Of a stretch of 64,000 nucleotides of DNA, positions 45,121 through 61,496 are shown in pieces. A model generated the notes under the pieces. The model was given only the letters and a program-made list of their open reading frames with translations, was not told the origin of the DNA and searched no databases. The stretch lies in assembly GCF_009914755.1 (NCBI RefSeq), contig NC_060927.1; one strand, written 5' to 3'. This DNA is from the human T2T-CHM13v2.0 reference genome, Homo sapiens. Position 1 is the first letter of the stretch; each line of letters starts with the position of its first letter. A program made the position numbers and the translations under genes.

Positions 45121-45942
45121 AAATAATTCAGTTTCTTCAAGCTAGGTCTTTTACCTTAAAGAAACCTCTTCAGTGGTAGGAAAATTCAGAACCCTGGAGA
45201 TTTTAAGGGCAGAGTTGTGTGGTTCAGATTGGGGCTAGCCTGGCTAAAAAAGAGAAAGAAAAAGAAAAGCCTTCTGCATTTGTTAAGAGGATAATGTGTC
45301 AAGAACACATAGTAAATACTGTTCTTAATAATGGAATTGGCATTAGGGGCACCCACTGAAGACCCAGTCCATTTTAGGGATAGTGTGGATTATGGTAGTT
45401 CATCTTGGGAGCGTGTATTGGGATATAAGCAACAGAAAACTCAACTCACACTAGTCTTTAGAAATAAAAAGATTTAACCACTGGCCCATTTAATCTGTAG
45501 GTATTTACCCAAGAGCAATAAAAACACATGTCCACAAAAGACTTGTACAAGAATCTTCATAGCAGTTTTCTTCATAAAAGGCAAAAACTGGAAACATCCC
45601 AGGTATCTATCAGTAGAAGAACAGCTGAACTGTAGTCTCCTCATAAATGGAATACTTCTCAGCAACAAAGAGGAATAAGTTACATGTAACAGAATGAATG
45701 TATCTAAAAACTACTATGCTAAGAGAAACCTTACACAAAAAATACATACTATGTGATTCCACACATATGAAATTTTAGAACAGACAAAACTATGGAAAAA
45801 TATCAGAAAAGTAGTTGCCTCTGGAGGTTTGGGATGGGGGATGATCAAGAGGAAACGTTCCAAGGTGATGGTAATGTTCTGTATCTTTGTAGGGGTTTGG
45901 GTTACATAGATGTACACATTTGTCAAAACGTAGCAACTTGTA

Positions 45943-46566
<624 letters not shown>

Positions 46567-49500
46567 CTAAGTTTTGTGCATTTCGTGGCATATAAATTTT
46601 ACTTCAAAAGATAAAATTATAAATAAATATTGATCTCCACTGAATCATATGGATGCTAAAGTATTTAGTTAGTGATGTGGATGCTGTAGTATTCCTGTCA
46701 GACACACCGTCTGAAGCACAATAGCATATAGCATAATAATTTTCAGATGCATCCACGCTGTTACATGGAGCTCATTCCTTTTTATTGCTGAGAAGGGTTC
46801 CATTTTATATATGGTAAACTGTATGCAATTTACTTTGAAATGTATCAAAAATAAGTTGGATTGATGGATTGAGAGAAGGATGGACATGTGGACAGATATA
46901 TGATCATGAAAGTATGGCAAAATATAAAAGATAGCCTCTAAGTATTCACTGAAAACGTCTTTAGACTGCTGTACGTTGAAACGATTCATAATATAATACT
47001 GAAAAAAAGATAAAGTAAAATTACTTGCTCTTGTAACCAAGAAGCTGAGAGGATAACCAGGCTGCTGGCAGGAATGAAAACCACACCCTTTTCACAGAGC
47101 TATAGGTGCCCCCAGCAAGCCCCAATTTCTCCCAACAATATTAACAAGCTCACCACTGCGACAGCCTGAAGAACCATCAGGACTAATTGCATCCTATCCC
47201 GTATCTCAGTTTCTGTCAGACACACCATATGAAGCTGACTAACTGCAGAAAAGCTCTCACCATGCGGGTCCTGCCCACCCCTCCCCTACACGTAAACTCT
47301 TCTGCGCCCCTGGAACTCATGCTGCATTCTCAGCAAAGCCCCCGCATCTTCCACCTCTTCCCTGAATGTCCTTTCACCTTCTTGCTCCAACTGAAAACTG
47401 ACTCTCCCTTAAGGATGCCACTTCCTGGGCAACCCTCTCGAATGTGGCTTGTTTTTTCACAGCTGCTGGACCTGGAGGGCACAGATATCCTCCTTGCTTG
47501 TTGCCTCTTCCTGGTCATTCTTCTCTCCCCAAGCTTTGCAGCTCATGCCATCACACCAGACCATTTTCCCCCAAGAGGAGTAGCCTAGATAACTAGTTAA
47601 TACCTTCCTCTCTTGCTAACATGCATCCCATGCTTGTCACTGTTGGCTGAAGACTGTGAGTCCAGTTTGACTGAGAAAATATCTACTCACCTATCTTTTT
47701 GCTCTGTGCTATTACTTTTGTGCTGTTACTATGGATAAACCATTCCCGTTCTTTTCTAGGATGGATTTTTCCACTTTGTACTGAATCCCACGTACTCTCA
47801 TCATTCACAAACATTGCTCAAGAAATTGCTCCCTGTCTATTGCTCCCCCTCCCCACACTTGGCTCTCTCTATCCCCCTTTGTGTTATTTTCCTATATTAC
47901 ATTTACCAACGCCTTGTACATTATTTATTTACTACCAGCTTTTCCACAAGGGGCATTTACCTGGAGTTAACCTGGGATTTCAGGAGGTCTTTGGCTAGGA
48001 AAATAATCGTATCATTATTTTGACTATCTTCTAACTGAAATTGAGCATTTCCTTTAATTATGAGAAGAGATGGAAAACCCCATGACTTAGCAGTGTCTGT
48101 GACTTGTTATCAACAAGAAGTTACAGATGTGTTTCCTGATAGGAATTGTCACATTACAGTTGTTGACAATACCTTGAAATATAATTTGTGCTGATTGCTT
48201 TGAAATTGTGGTAGTCATTAGGCACATGCAGGTAGATGGCGTGTGACTGCAGCTTTCCTTTTTAGAGATCCTCACGAGGTGCAGCTGGCAGATTAGAGAG
48301 CGGCTCTATGCCTGGTTGTCATTCAGTCACCAAATCGTGTTGGTGACCCAGACACCTCATTGCTTTTTAATATTTCCTACTTACAATGTTTATCAATACA
48401 TTGAAGGAATGAGTTGTTTCTATTGTTTGTTTAAACTGAAGTAAGACTGGGCATTCAAATGAGAATTCTTAATTCTCTATAAGGGCACATGGCATTTTAC
48501 AACAAGGATAGGTGTGCAGGCTAAGAATAAAAACCAGACACATTCAAATACATTTGATGGTTGAAATAATTACTGAAGTATGCTCTTTAAAATAACATTG
48601 CTAACACACTGCACAGTAACACCGGTCAAGCACAGTGTGGCAAGTTACTGAATTTGAATATAATTTGTTTTCTGTGAATTCTACATATTTTATTTTACAC
48701 ATGTGAAAATATTGTTTTAAGAAAGGATCTATAGACTTTATGAAACTGCCATGGGAGTCCATGGCGCAAGAAGAGGTTAAAATCCCGTACTAAAACGCAA
48801 GCTCCAAGACTTTTTCTCTTATGTTCTTTGCAATTGCTCATCTCTTCTGCTCAAGAGTCTACCACGTGGTGGGATTTGATTAATTTCAAGAATAACCTAA
48901 GGCCAGATAGGACTTGGTTATTTACATCCTCTCCTCACCCTGGCATTCAGCTCCTCACTTTCCCTGAGGGCCACCTTTCCTTTATTCACCATAGGTGGCA
49001 TATTCATTAAAGGAATTGCATCCCTTCGAATGACTGAAGATAACATTCCGGAAAATCCTGCCAACAGGTAAGGGCTTTTCTAGACACAATGCCAAACCTT
49101 CAATACGTCCCTGTTAGGAGGAAACAGCATTAAAAAGCAAAAACCCCAAACTGAAACATTCTAACAAGAAACAAACCTGACAATAACAACTCATGCTTTG
49201 GAGACTTCCATGTTGTTTTTATACCCCCCCTCCCCCAATGAAAGAAACATCACATTGCATTCTGAATTGACATTTTCGCCGTTTAAAGAACACTGAGACA
49301 AACTACCTTCTCAGAACAGATCTCAAGACTTCCAAAATGACGAATTTTTCTCTACTGAAAAGTCCACCCTTCTGGCACCAGAGGAAGGCTGGAAAACCTC
49401 TGGCACCAGAGGAAGGCTCTTAGGGCGCCCCTTGCTCTACTAGTTGGATTTTAAAAAATGTGACTACTTCCTCTATTGAGAGAAAAAGTCATAGAAAAAA

Positions 49501-49703
49501 ACATAGTTTTATACAGTGTGGTTCATTTCAAGAATTGCAACCAAAATAAATGAATTAACATGCTGCAGCAAGTCTTAAGTGGTGACCACACCACTACTCC
49601 AGCTATGTGTAGGCTTTCTAATGTACATGTCATCTTCCCAACCTCTAGAAAAGGCACAATAAGCACTTCCAAACAGACCAAAAGGACCCAGTAATGGCAG
49701 TAC

Positions 49704-50000
49704 TCTTTTTCTTTCTTTTTGAGTCACAGTTTCACTCTATCGTCCAGACTGGAGTGCAGTGGTATGATCTTGGCTCACTGCTGCAACCTCTGCCTCCCGG
49801 GTTCAAGCGATTCTCCTGCCTCAGCCTCCTGAGTAGCTTACAGGTGCTTGCCACCACGCCTGGCTAATTTTTGTATTTTTAGTAGAGACAGGGTTTTACC
49901 ATGTTGGCCAGGCTGGTCTCAAACTCCTGACTTCAAGTGATCTGCCTGCCTCGGCCTCCCAAAGTGCTGGGATTACAGGCGTGAGCCACTATGCCCAGCT
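49704..50000 (-). mobile_element. AluS
   Basis: Full dimer; TSD tggcagtac. Confidence 0.94.
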
Positions 50001-50884
50001 GGCAGTACCTAGTTCCTTATGATGGGAAAAAATGATGGGAAAGGGGCTTTTCTAAAGAAAATCACATTAAACCTGATAAATATCTGATTAATAGTGTCCT
50101 GATATCTGATTAATAAATTCCCTAGGGTCTATTTTTTAAAATACCTATATTTTCTTATAAACATTTCAAGAAAAGAGAACTAACATCTACTGATTTTGTA
50201 TTACTTCCAGGTGGAGGGCTTGTTGCCTGACAAATATCCCATTTGAATTTTCCCAACAACCCAATGAAGGGTTGCAATATTAGGGAGGGTCAAGCTTAGA
50301 GGGGTTAGGTGATCTCCCCAAAGTCACATCCTTTCCATCATAATATGCAGCTCGTGAGCTCATGGAATTTCCCCAATTTTAGCATTTCATACCATCTTTA
50401 TGATTCTATTATTTGCTCAATATTATTCTTTAAATTGGCTGACTTAAAAGATGAAATAAATTTATTCAAAAAGCAAACTTTGCATTGTTGCTAGTAATGA
50501 AGAAATAATACCACTTGCCATGGATTGAAGGTAATTGGAAATGTAAATACAATGAAAAGAGGAACATGTCAGCACATTTTGGCCAAATGTGGTTGTCAGT
50601 AAATATCTGGGGCCCAAGGCTGACTCTCTGCTTAAACTGGAAGCTTGCAAGGATTGGAGGTATAATAAAGCCATAATTAGTACCAAAAAGAGAGGTTGTC
50701 TTTGGATAGTCAGAAGGATTGAGAGAGAAGTGAAAAGAAAAGAACTCCCCAACCATGTAATTCAATGTTATTTAATTCCATGACCCAGAACCACCTAAAA
50801 TCATCTCCTGAACCACTGGTGGTACTTGTCTCATGCTTGGGAAAACATGATACAACGTACTGTATTGTAGATAGCTTTGACAGA

Positions 50885-51346
50885 TGTTGTTGGCAGATTC
50901 CTTTGGCCTATGCAGGATGTCATCTGAAGTTTTTGTACCATTCCCTTGCATGCAGCTGGCTTCTGAACTCTTGAGGTCTTTCTGTGGCCCATAAGAGCCT
51001 GCGTGGCTAACATGACGGAGGGCCAGGCCTGAAGTGGAGAGTTAAATCCCCAAGAACAGCCATCACATCATGAGTTGGTGGATAAATACCCTGCTTCCTT
51101 ATGCTTTGTTGGGCCGATTGTAAGGATTGTTCTATGTAGTCTCTCAAAGAGTCTTCTGCAAAAATGAGACCCCGATGCCCACAGCAGCAACCTGCTCATT
51201 CACATTTTCTATATTACCTTTCCTCATTTCCTAGTCTCACTCTCTGACTTCTTCATTGTCTTGCCTGGGATTTCCTCCCCAGATGAATTGCTTTCACCTG
51301 AACCCTTTCCTAAGGGTTTGCTTTTAGAGAATACAACCAAAGAGCA
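50885..51346 (+). mobile_element. LTR16-like solo LTR (ERVL)
   Basis: gagagttaaatcccc...gagttggtggataaataccc...gcccacagcagcaacctgctcatt...gggtttgcttttagagaatacaaccaaagagca. Confidence 0.7.
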
Positions 51347-52094
51347 TATCTTCCGGTTTTGTATCTAAAAATGAAAAAAACAAAGAAAGAAATAACATAA
51401 AACAAAGCTATCTACTTGCTATTGTTTCCAGATAATCACATCCAATCCTGTACTACTCTTATTCTTAAAATGGTAAGGTGAATCCAGATGTAGAAGCAGC
51501 CAGGGAGAAGGACTAACCTCTTAGAAACTTTCCAATAATGAAGACTTTGTAGACTCTTAGTGCAAGCCCCCATAGTCATCTTTGATGATTCAACCTTTCT
51601 TCTCATTCCGGAAAATCAAAAATTGATGTTTAATATGGCCTAGTAGCCACAGTGGATATGCTGAGATCTTCTTTTCATTCTGGTCTTTAGACAATTTGGG
51701 GGGTAGTTTGATTACATCTTATCTTTCTTATGTAGATTGAACTGGTTGTTGAGTGGATTTTCTGATGATAAATTTCAAAGAAACTCCTCTGCCAGGAAAG
51801 GGAGAATAACCGATTGTTCATTTTACCTAAAATGGGAGAGCTTTCGTGACAATGTGTAGACTTGACTTCAGAGTAAAATATGAACAGAATTTCATACATA
51901 CCTTTAGAATATTGTCTGCAGAAGTTATATAACAAGTGTATTACTAGATCCACAAATAAGACCACAAGCCATATGAGCTCACGGAAGCTTATGACTCCCA
52001 TTAAGCTTTTTAAAAAAGTATGTCAGCAGAAAAGCATAATGATATATGGACTGCTCACTTACCCACAGCAAAACTTGATGAAATCGTAACATTT

Positions 52095-53585
52095 TGACAT
52101 AGCACCCCTTTTCCTTTTAAAGAAACAAAACATCACAAATATGCTTGAAACTCTCTTTTACTTCCTTCATTCCTATTCCCTTTCTTTCCCAGATGGACTT
52201 CGTTTTTCTCCTGGATTTTATTTTTGTCATTCTTAAGGATGTTTTAATACTTTTACTACACAGATGGTATCACAGACTATAGTATTGCTTTGAATGTCTT
52301 TAAACTTTATAGAAGTGGATTATTCTGTTTACATCAGTCTGCAACTTGATTTTTGACTCGATATTATAGAGACTTACCCATGTTTATATGTAGAATTTAG
52401 CTCCCTTATTTTAACTGCTATAAAACATTCCATTGTATGAACAAACCAAAATTTATTTTTCCATTCTCCAGCCGATGAACATTTAGATTGTTTCCAGTGT
52501 TTTCTTATAATAAAAAATGCCTCTACAAAATATTCTTGAACATGATGCTTTGTGCATATATGCAGAAATTTCTTGTAAGGTACATGCTTAGAAGTAGAAA
52601 TGCTAGGTATATACCGTGTGCTGCTTCAACTTTATTAGAGACTGCCCAGTTGCTCTGTAAAGAACTATTTATAATCCATCAACATATTTGAAATTTCTCT
52701 TTCTCCCACATTCTTGCCTACATTTGGTGTGGACAGACTAAAATTTTTTGCCAACCTGAGGGCTCTGAATAGTATTTTATCTTTGTTTCAATTTGCATTT
52801 TCCTAATTCCTAGTGATGAAAAGGGATTATTTATATATCTTGGATGATAATTATTTGTGGGTTTCATATACATTGCAAATATTTCCTCCTAGTCAGTGAG
52901 CTTCTTTGCATCTTATTTTTGGTGTCCTTGGAGGAGTGGAAGTTCTGAATTTTAGTGTAGTCAATTTAATCAACCTATTTATAGTTAGTGCATTTTGTGT
53001 ATTATTTAGGAAATCCTTCCATATCCCGAAGGCATTCATACATCCTTCTACATAATATCCTGAAAATTTTATAGTTTTACCTACAGTTAGGTCTAAAATC
53101 CACCTGGAATTAGAATGGAGAACTTGTATTTAATTTTTTTCCTTACGGATACCCAAATGTCCCAACACTGTTTATTGAAAAGATTGTCATTCCCCACTGC
53201 TCCGTATGGCCACATTTATCATAAATCAAGTGTGCATATGTCCAAGGGGATATCTCCAGATTCTCAAGTCTGTTTTGTTGGTCTATCTATCTGTGTCTTA
53301 ATTACACAATGTTTTTATTACTTTAGCTCTATAATCTTATTATTTGCCAGTGCAAATACCTCCTTCCCTGCCTTGACTTTACATAGCGGTTTCCTCATCC
53401 ACATGAACTTTAGGATAAGCTTGGTTTGTTCTATGAAAAGTCCCTATTAAAACGGTACTTAAAATTTTTGAATTTATAAATTAATTTGGGGATAATATAC
53501 ATTTTGATGACATTGAGGCATCCTATCCATAAATATTTCTTCATTTATTTCAGTATTCTTTTAAGCATTTCAACAACAGTTTATC
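52095..53585 (-). mobile_element. Old L1ME fragment
   Basis: Antisense L1 3' motifs: cattccattgtatga, ttcaatttgcattttcc, cccaacactgtttattgaaaagattgtc, gaactttaggataagctt. Confidence 0.78.
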
Positions 53586-53599
53586 ATTGCTTTTATATG

Positions 53600-55976
<2,377 letters not shown>

Positions 55977-56609
55977 GTTACTATTTTACACAGTGTTGTC
56001 AGACAGGCTTCTCCAAAGGTGGCATCTGAATACCCATAAAAGTGAGGGAGTGAGTCACATTGTATTCGGGAAAGAGTGGTGAAAACAAGTGCAAAGGCCC
56101 TGGGGCAGATTATAATGGATGTGTTTGAACTCGTTTGGCTGGAGTCAAGAAGACAAGAGAGAGAATAGCAGTAGTGGTTAAGTACAGAGAAGTAGCCAGG
56201 GGCTTATCATCGAGCGTCTTGTAAGCCATTGTAAAGACTATAGTTTTTATTCCAAGCCATGAGGGAGGGTGGTTAAGAGAAAAGAAATTTTATTGGACTT
56301 ATATCTTAAAATGATCACTTACTGAGGCACAATGCCCAGGAGTTTATAGTGTAGTTGCTATCACTGTGAAGATCAACCACATGGAGATAAATCGGAATGG
56401 TGTTTATTGCTACACACCCAGAGTACTCAATTATATTTGAGCCAAGGGATGAGTGATAAACCTTGGGCTCTTGTAAATGTCTTTCTAGAATCTGTATTTG
56501 GTTTAAAGTTGCATTTGTACTTTTTAGGCATTCTTAATAATGTTTAGCACTGTCTCCAAGCAAGCATTCTCTGCTTTTGAAAAAACTTTTCTATGTGTGG
56601 GATGGCAAT

Positions 56610-57060
56610 TGTGATGGATTGTTCCCTTTTAACCCCCAGGCTCTACTCTCCTTCCATATCCTGCTATGTGCCCCAGGAACTATTTCTATATGCTAGTTCC
56701 ATAACCTCCTGGACCTCTGGCTTTCAGGTAGGTGGCCAATGGAAAGTTCCAGCAGATAAAACAGAGGGAGGAGAGTAAGATCAGGGTACTCATTCCCCTG
56801 GTCCCCTCTTTTCACAACTATCTCATGACAGAAGGTCAAAGCAGCCTGTTCTACATGACTCTAAGTTCCAGTAGCCTCTGTGTCCCCATTAGGCCTATGG
56901 GTGATGACAACTTCACTAGTGCGAGTCCCCAATTTATGCACTATCCCCTGTGGTTCCCTACACTCATACCACTGTAAACAGACTCTTTGCAAATAAAACC
57001 TCCTCCTCAATCTCATTTTGCATGTGCCATCTGCCCCTGTTGGGACCCTGAGCCAGTACA
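56610..57060 (+). mobile_element. LTR33-like solo LTR
   Basis: ctctggctttcaggtaggtggccaatggaa...aataaaacctcctc...gtgccatctgcccctgttgggaccctgagccagtaca. Confidence 0.7.
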
Positions 57061-58174
57061 GTGATACTGAATCTTTAAAAACTTAAACCAGGGTATTCAC
57101 GCATTTAATTTTGGTCTACTTGCCTTTTCTAGTTGTCCTCTTCCCTTCCCCTCCAGTCTTATGACCTGTGAGGGTGTAAGAATATGTATAAAGAGACATA
57201 CACAGGATTTCAGGAGGTAATTTATCCAGGAGTACAACTCTCCAACCTGGGATATAAAATAAACGAATAGAGTAAACCTAGAGGTGCCTATTTGGGCATT
57301 AAAATCCATGTGAAACTGGCACACAGATTTGCCTTATATTAGTGGGAGAAGATTATCTGCTAACATCTTTACTCCCTATTTCCCCACAAAACCATTGAAA
57401 GTGTATCATCACCTATCAACATTTTATAAAGAAATCTGAGCAGAGGGCTAAAAGAAGCGAACCTTACTTATATCTGATGACGAAACTCTAAAGATGTACA
57501 AAAGCTCTGGAAGTGGGGTGGGGGTTGGGGAACAAGCTTAGAGTCCAAAGCCTTGCAAATAAACATTCTGAATCTCCTGCAATCCAGTTTAACATCAGCA
57601 GATTGCTCTCACTTGGTTCTTGGGCCTTTATATTTTTCTTTTGGTTAGCTAATTCCCCACCTACCACCTCCATCTTTCTTTTTCTTTTTTCAGAACAGAG
57701 CAGTATAGAGAAGATCTAATGGTCAAGTTTTTAAGCACATGGCACATTTCTACTTTTTATAAAAAGAATATTATTGTACAGTTTCTCTTGCCTGAAAAAC
57801 GCACTTGGACAAAGCCCAGCACTGGTCTCAGCAAGTCCTTACTCAACAATTATTGAAGGAAGGGCTACACTTTCCTATTAGAGGCCAATTTAACATCTGG
57901 CTTAAAATGGCATTTGGCTTACAGGCTCTGAGGCAACCTCTTCTCATTCCCCAAGAAAAGACCTGTGAAGACTGAGGAAAATGTAAAGACTTAAACAATA
58001 GAAAGTCTAATGGGACTAATTCCCTGGAAGGAGTTGGACCAAGAAAAATCTATGCAAAATTTCTCCCATGGCAACCTTAAGCTTGGTGCTGCCTGAGTCA
58101 GTCAGGATAAAGATGGGGATGGAGAGCTGCTGAAAGCATATGCTAGTCTTACTGTAATAGTTAGGAGCACCATT

Positions 58175-58757
58175 CCCATGCTCTGGCTATGTAACAAATT
58201 AGCCCAAAACCTAGTGGTTTCGAGCAATGGTAATCATTTATTATCTCTCAAAATTTTTGTGGATCAGGAATTCGAACAGGGCACAGTAAGTTCAGCTTGT
58301 GTCTGCTCACTGGTGTCTACAGCCTCAGGGGAAAGACTCAAAACCTAGAGCCTGGAATAATCTAAAAGCCCATTTACTCACGTTTCTGGTGGTTGATGCT
58401 GGCTCTTGATTGGAAGCCTTATTGGGGCTGTCAGCCAGAACAAACCATGTAGGGCCTTTCCATGTGGCATGAGCTTCCTTACAACATGGTGGCTGGATTC
58501 TAAGGGGAAGTGTTTCAAGAAAGAAGGAGAGCTGGGCCGAAATTATATTGCCTTTTATAATCTGTCCTTGGAAGTCACACAGCATCACTTCCTTCAGTTT
58601 CTCTTGGTCAAGACACTTAGCAGAGTCTACCCAGGTTCAAAGAGAGGAAACATAGACCCCCCTGCCGGATGAAGGGGTATCACAATACATTGTAAAATGT
58701 CATGTGGGATGAGATATCTATTTTGATGCTGCCATCTTTGGAAAAGACAACATGACA
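58175..58757 (-). mobile_element. MLT1F-like solo LTR
   Basis: gtaacaaattagcccaaaacctagtgg...ggaagtcacacagcatcacttcc...gccatctttggaaaa. Confidence 0.8.
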
Positions 58758-58769
58758 AGATAGGGCCTC

Positions 58770-58975
58770 CCAGGGTGAGATGGCTTGGGTTGGAACTCTT
58801 GCTGTGCTACTTGCTAACCTTGGGCGAGTATGACCTTGGGCTAGTAAATGACTTGAACTCCCTGGACCTCAATTTCCTCATAGTATTGATGTGAAGATTC
58901 AGTGAGTTACATATCAAGCAATTAGAATAGTACTTAGCACATGTTAACTGCCTAAAAAGTCAGGTTTTATTACAT
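58770..58975 (+). mobile_element. MIR
   Basis: tgaccttgggc...cctcaatttcctcat...gtgaagattcagtgagtta. Confidence 0.7.
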
Positions 58976-59379
58976 AATGTAGCTGGGGGATGCTCTGTCC
59001 TCACCACCCACTTCCATCTTTTCCTTTCTCTAGCAGGAAGGAAGGGTCTTTTAGCATAACAAGTTAGGTTAGTGAGAGATGACTGATACTGCAATAAGAG
59101 GCAGGGGTTTATTAGTCTCATACCTTTTCTCATCCAAAGAATCTGAAACCCTTAGCCTGGTCCTGGTCCCTTGGAGGCAACTGCTGACTACAGGGAAAAT
59201 ATGGTCTGCTGCAGATAAGGGCTCCCAAATTAGAGGATCTAGATTAGAATTTATGTTCTAAGTCTCTGGTAGTAGCAGTTTGAAGGATAGAAGATGAAGC
59301 TGAGAAGCTATGGAGAGGTGAACAGAGGAAGAGAAGGGTAACAGAAAGAAGGAAGACCTCTCAATACATCTGTGAACCT

Positions 59380-59714
59380 GGCCGGGAGCGGTTGCTCATG
59401 CCTGTAATCTAACACTTTGGGGGGCCGAGGTGGGTGGATCACCTGAGGTCAGGAGTTCGAGACCAGCCTGGCCAACATGGTGAAACCCCATCTCTACTAA
59501 AAATACAAAAATCAGCCGGGTGTGTGGCATGCGCCTGTAATGCCAGCTACTTGGGAGGCTGAGGCAGGAGAATCAGCTTGAACCCAGGAGGTGGAGGTTT
59601 CAGTGAGCTGAGACTGCACCACTGCACTCCAGCCTAGGCGACAGAGTGAGACGCCGTCTCAAAATAAAATAAAATAAAATAAAATAAAATAAAATAAAAT
59701 AAAATAAAATAAAA
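59380..59714 (+). mobile_element. AluSx with (AAAAT)n tail at 59661-59714
   Basis: Full dimer; TSD-like atctgt(ga/c)acct. Confidence 0.95.
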
Positions 59715-61039
59715 ATCTGTCACCTGATTTTGTCTGGCATAAAAGGCAACATAGTAGGACTCTGTGTTCATTATAGCCTACTAATGAGATTTTTTTTTTA
59801 AATAGACCTAATGGTTGTACTTGCCTGCTTTCTAAACATAATGGGCATAGGGAAGTTGCCTCTCTTCTTACCTGTCCAGAAAAAAATGCACCAAAATAGT
59901 AATACTGGCTTTTCTGGGTAAGATTAAAAGTGATTTTTGTCTTTGTTTTTTTTTTTTAAACTTTCCCAAATCTTCTATCATTTCATAATTCAAAAAAATG
60001 TTAGGGAAAACAATGACCTCCTGATCCACAGCAGCTGTGCCTCCACATCAATAACGCTTCTGAATATCAATTACCAACATGCTCTCGCCAGCATTTCAAT
60101 GGGAAGAAATGAACTGAACCAACCCTGTAGGTTGCTTGCTTTCTTCAAGAGAAAGGAAAGTTTGCAGAATTGCTCATGAACTGGAATCTGCAGAACCACC
60201 GCGATGGGGTGACTTACAGAGTGGGGAAGAGGTCTGCTCATGGCCCAGATTAGAGTGACCCTACTGAAATGGCTGCCTCAAAAACCCAAGGCCCACCATG
60301 TCCACCTATTGAAATTAACTAAAGAATTCAATGAGTTTCCCAGTGACCCAGCTCCCTGTGAGTTGAACATGGTTTCTGCTATTTCATTTGAAACTACCAT
60401 AGCTCACAGAGCTGGAGGAGGGTTGCATGACAGATTGCAGAGCCCAGCCCAGCCACACCCCCACCTCTCCTCTCTGTTGCTAACTGCACACACAGAGGTC
60501 CTTAGGGAGGGGGAAATGCAATAAGAAAACACCTGTGATTTCCTTGCAGAACTCCCCCATGGCTACAATCCACCCTTTCCTCTCTTATAAAAGATTCCAT
60601 TTGCTCCATTTCTGACCCCAGGGCATGGACAAATGGATGGTGGCCTGGTGTGGCTTCTCTGCTCTTGGCTGTGTTCCCCCGCACCAATTAATCACCATAC
60701 CCCAATGTGACAGGCCCAGCTCTTTGCGGCAGCTCATCCTCCGGCTGTTCCAGTGATTACTCTAAAGCCTTCCCCAGATGCAAGAATTTCTCAATGTTTT
60801 TTTCTTCACTATTGCTCCATGTGCTGGCTACTGCACCGAAAGGGGCTGTGGTTCTCCCCCACATTGCTGACTGGTCAGTAAGGAACCCCGAGGACCTAAT
60901 TTGAGTTCAGGCCCTGTCACCCACTAGTTTTGCCATCTTGGACATGTCAATTGAGATTTCCCTAAGCTTCCTCATCTTTGGAGAGAGGATAATAGTAACT
61001 ACTTGGCCATCTTCGAGAAGTAATTGTAATAATCTGATG

Positions 61040-61496
61040 AGGGATTTTAAATCATTTTTTAAAAATCCCTTCTTGGAATTGTGTTTTTAAAAAAATAAAA
61101 TATATGGGACTGCCAACAAAACCAATTGTATTAAAATACAATTTTCAAAGTATTAAATCAATTAATATAAAAATAAATTTATGTTAGTGCATTAAATAAC
61201 AAGATTTAGCAGTGGGTCTAAAAACCACAGTGTTTTCAAGCTAGTGATGAGCCTAAATGATACTTTGAGATATCTACAATAGTAGTGATGTAATATGAAA
61301 GTATCTGATTTCATTTGGTGACAAAGTCACAGGTACTGCCGGGACTGTGACTTGTTACTTACATTCATAATTTTAAAAAATGCTAAGTTTTAGTTAGAGT
61401 TTAGTGGAAAAAAAATTTATCATCCAAGTTTAGTCTCCCTAAAATTGATTCACATATTCCTGTGGGTCCACAGACTCCAGGAATCAAGAAACTCTA
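61040..61496. mobile_element. Charlie4a-like hAT element inserted in a MIR (MIR pieces about 60880-61040 and 61500-61540)
   Basis: gcattaaataacaagatttagcagtgggtcta...ggtgacaaagtcacaggtactgc...catccaagtt. Confidence 0.75.
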
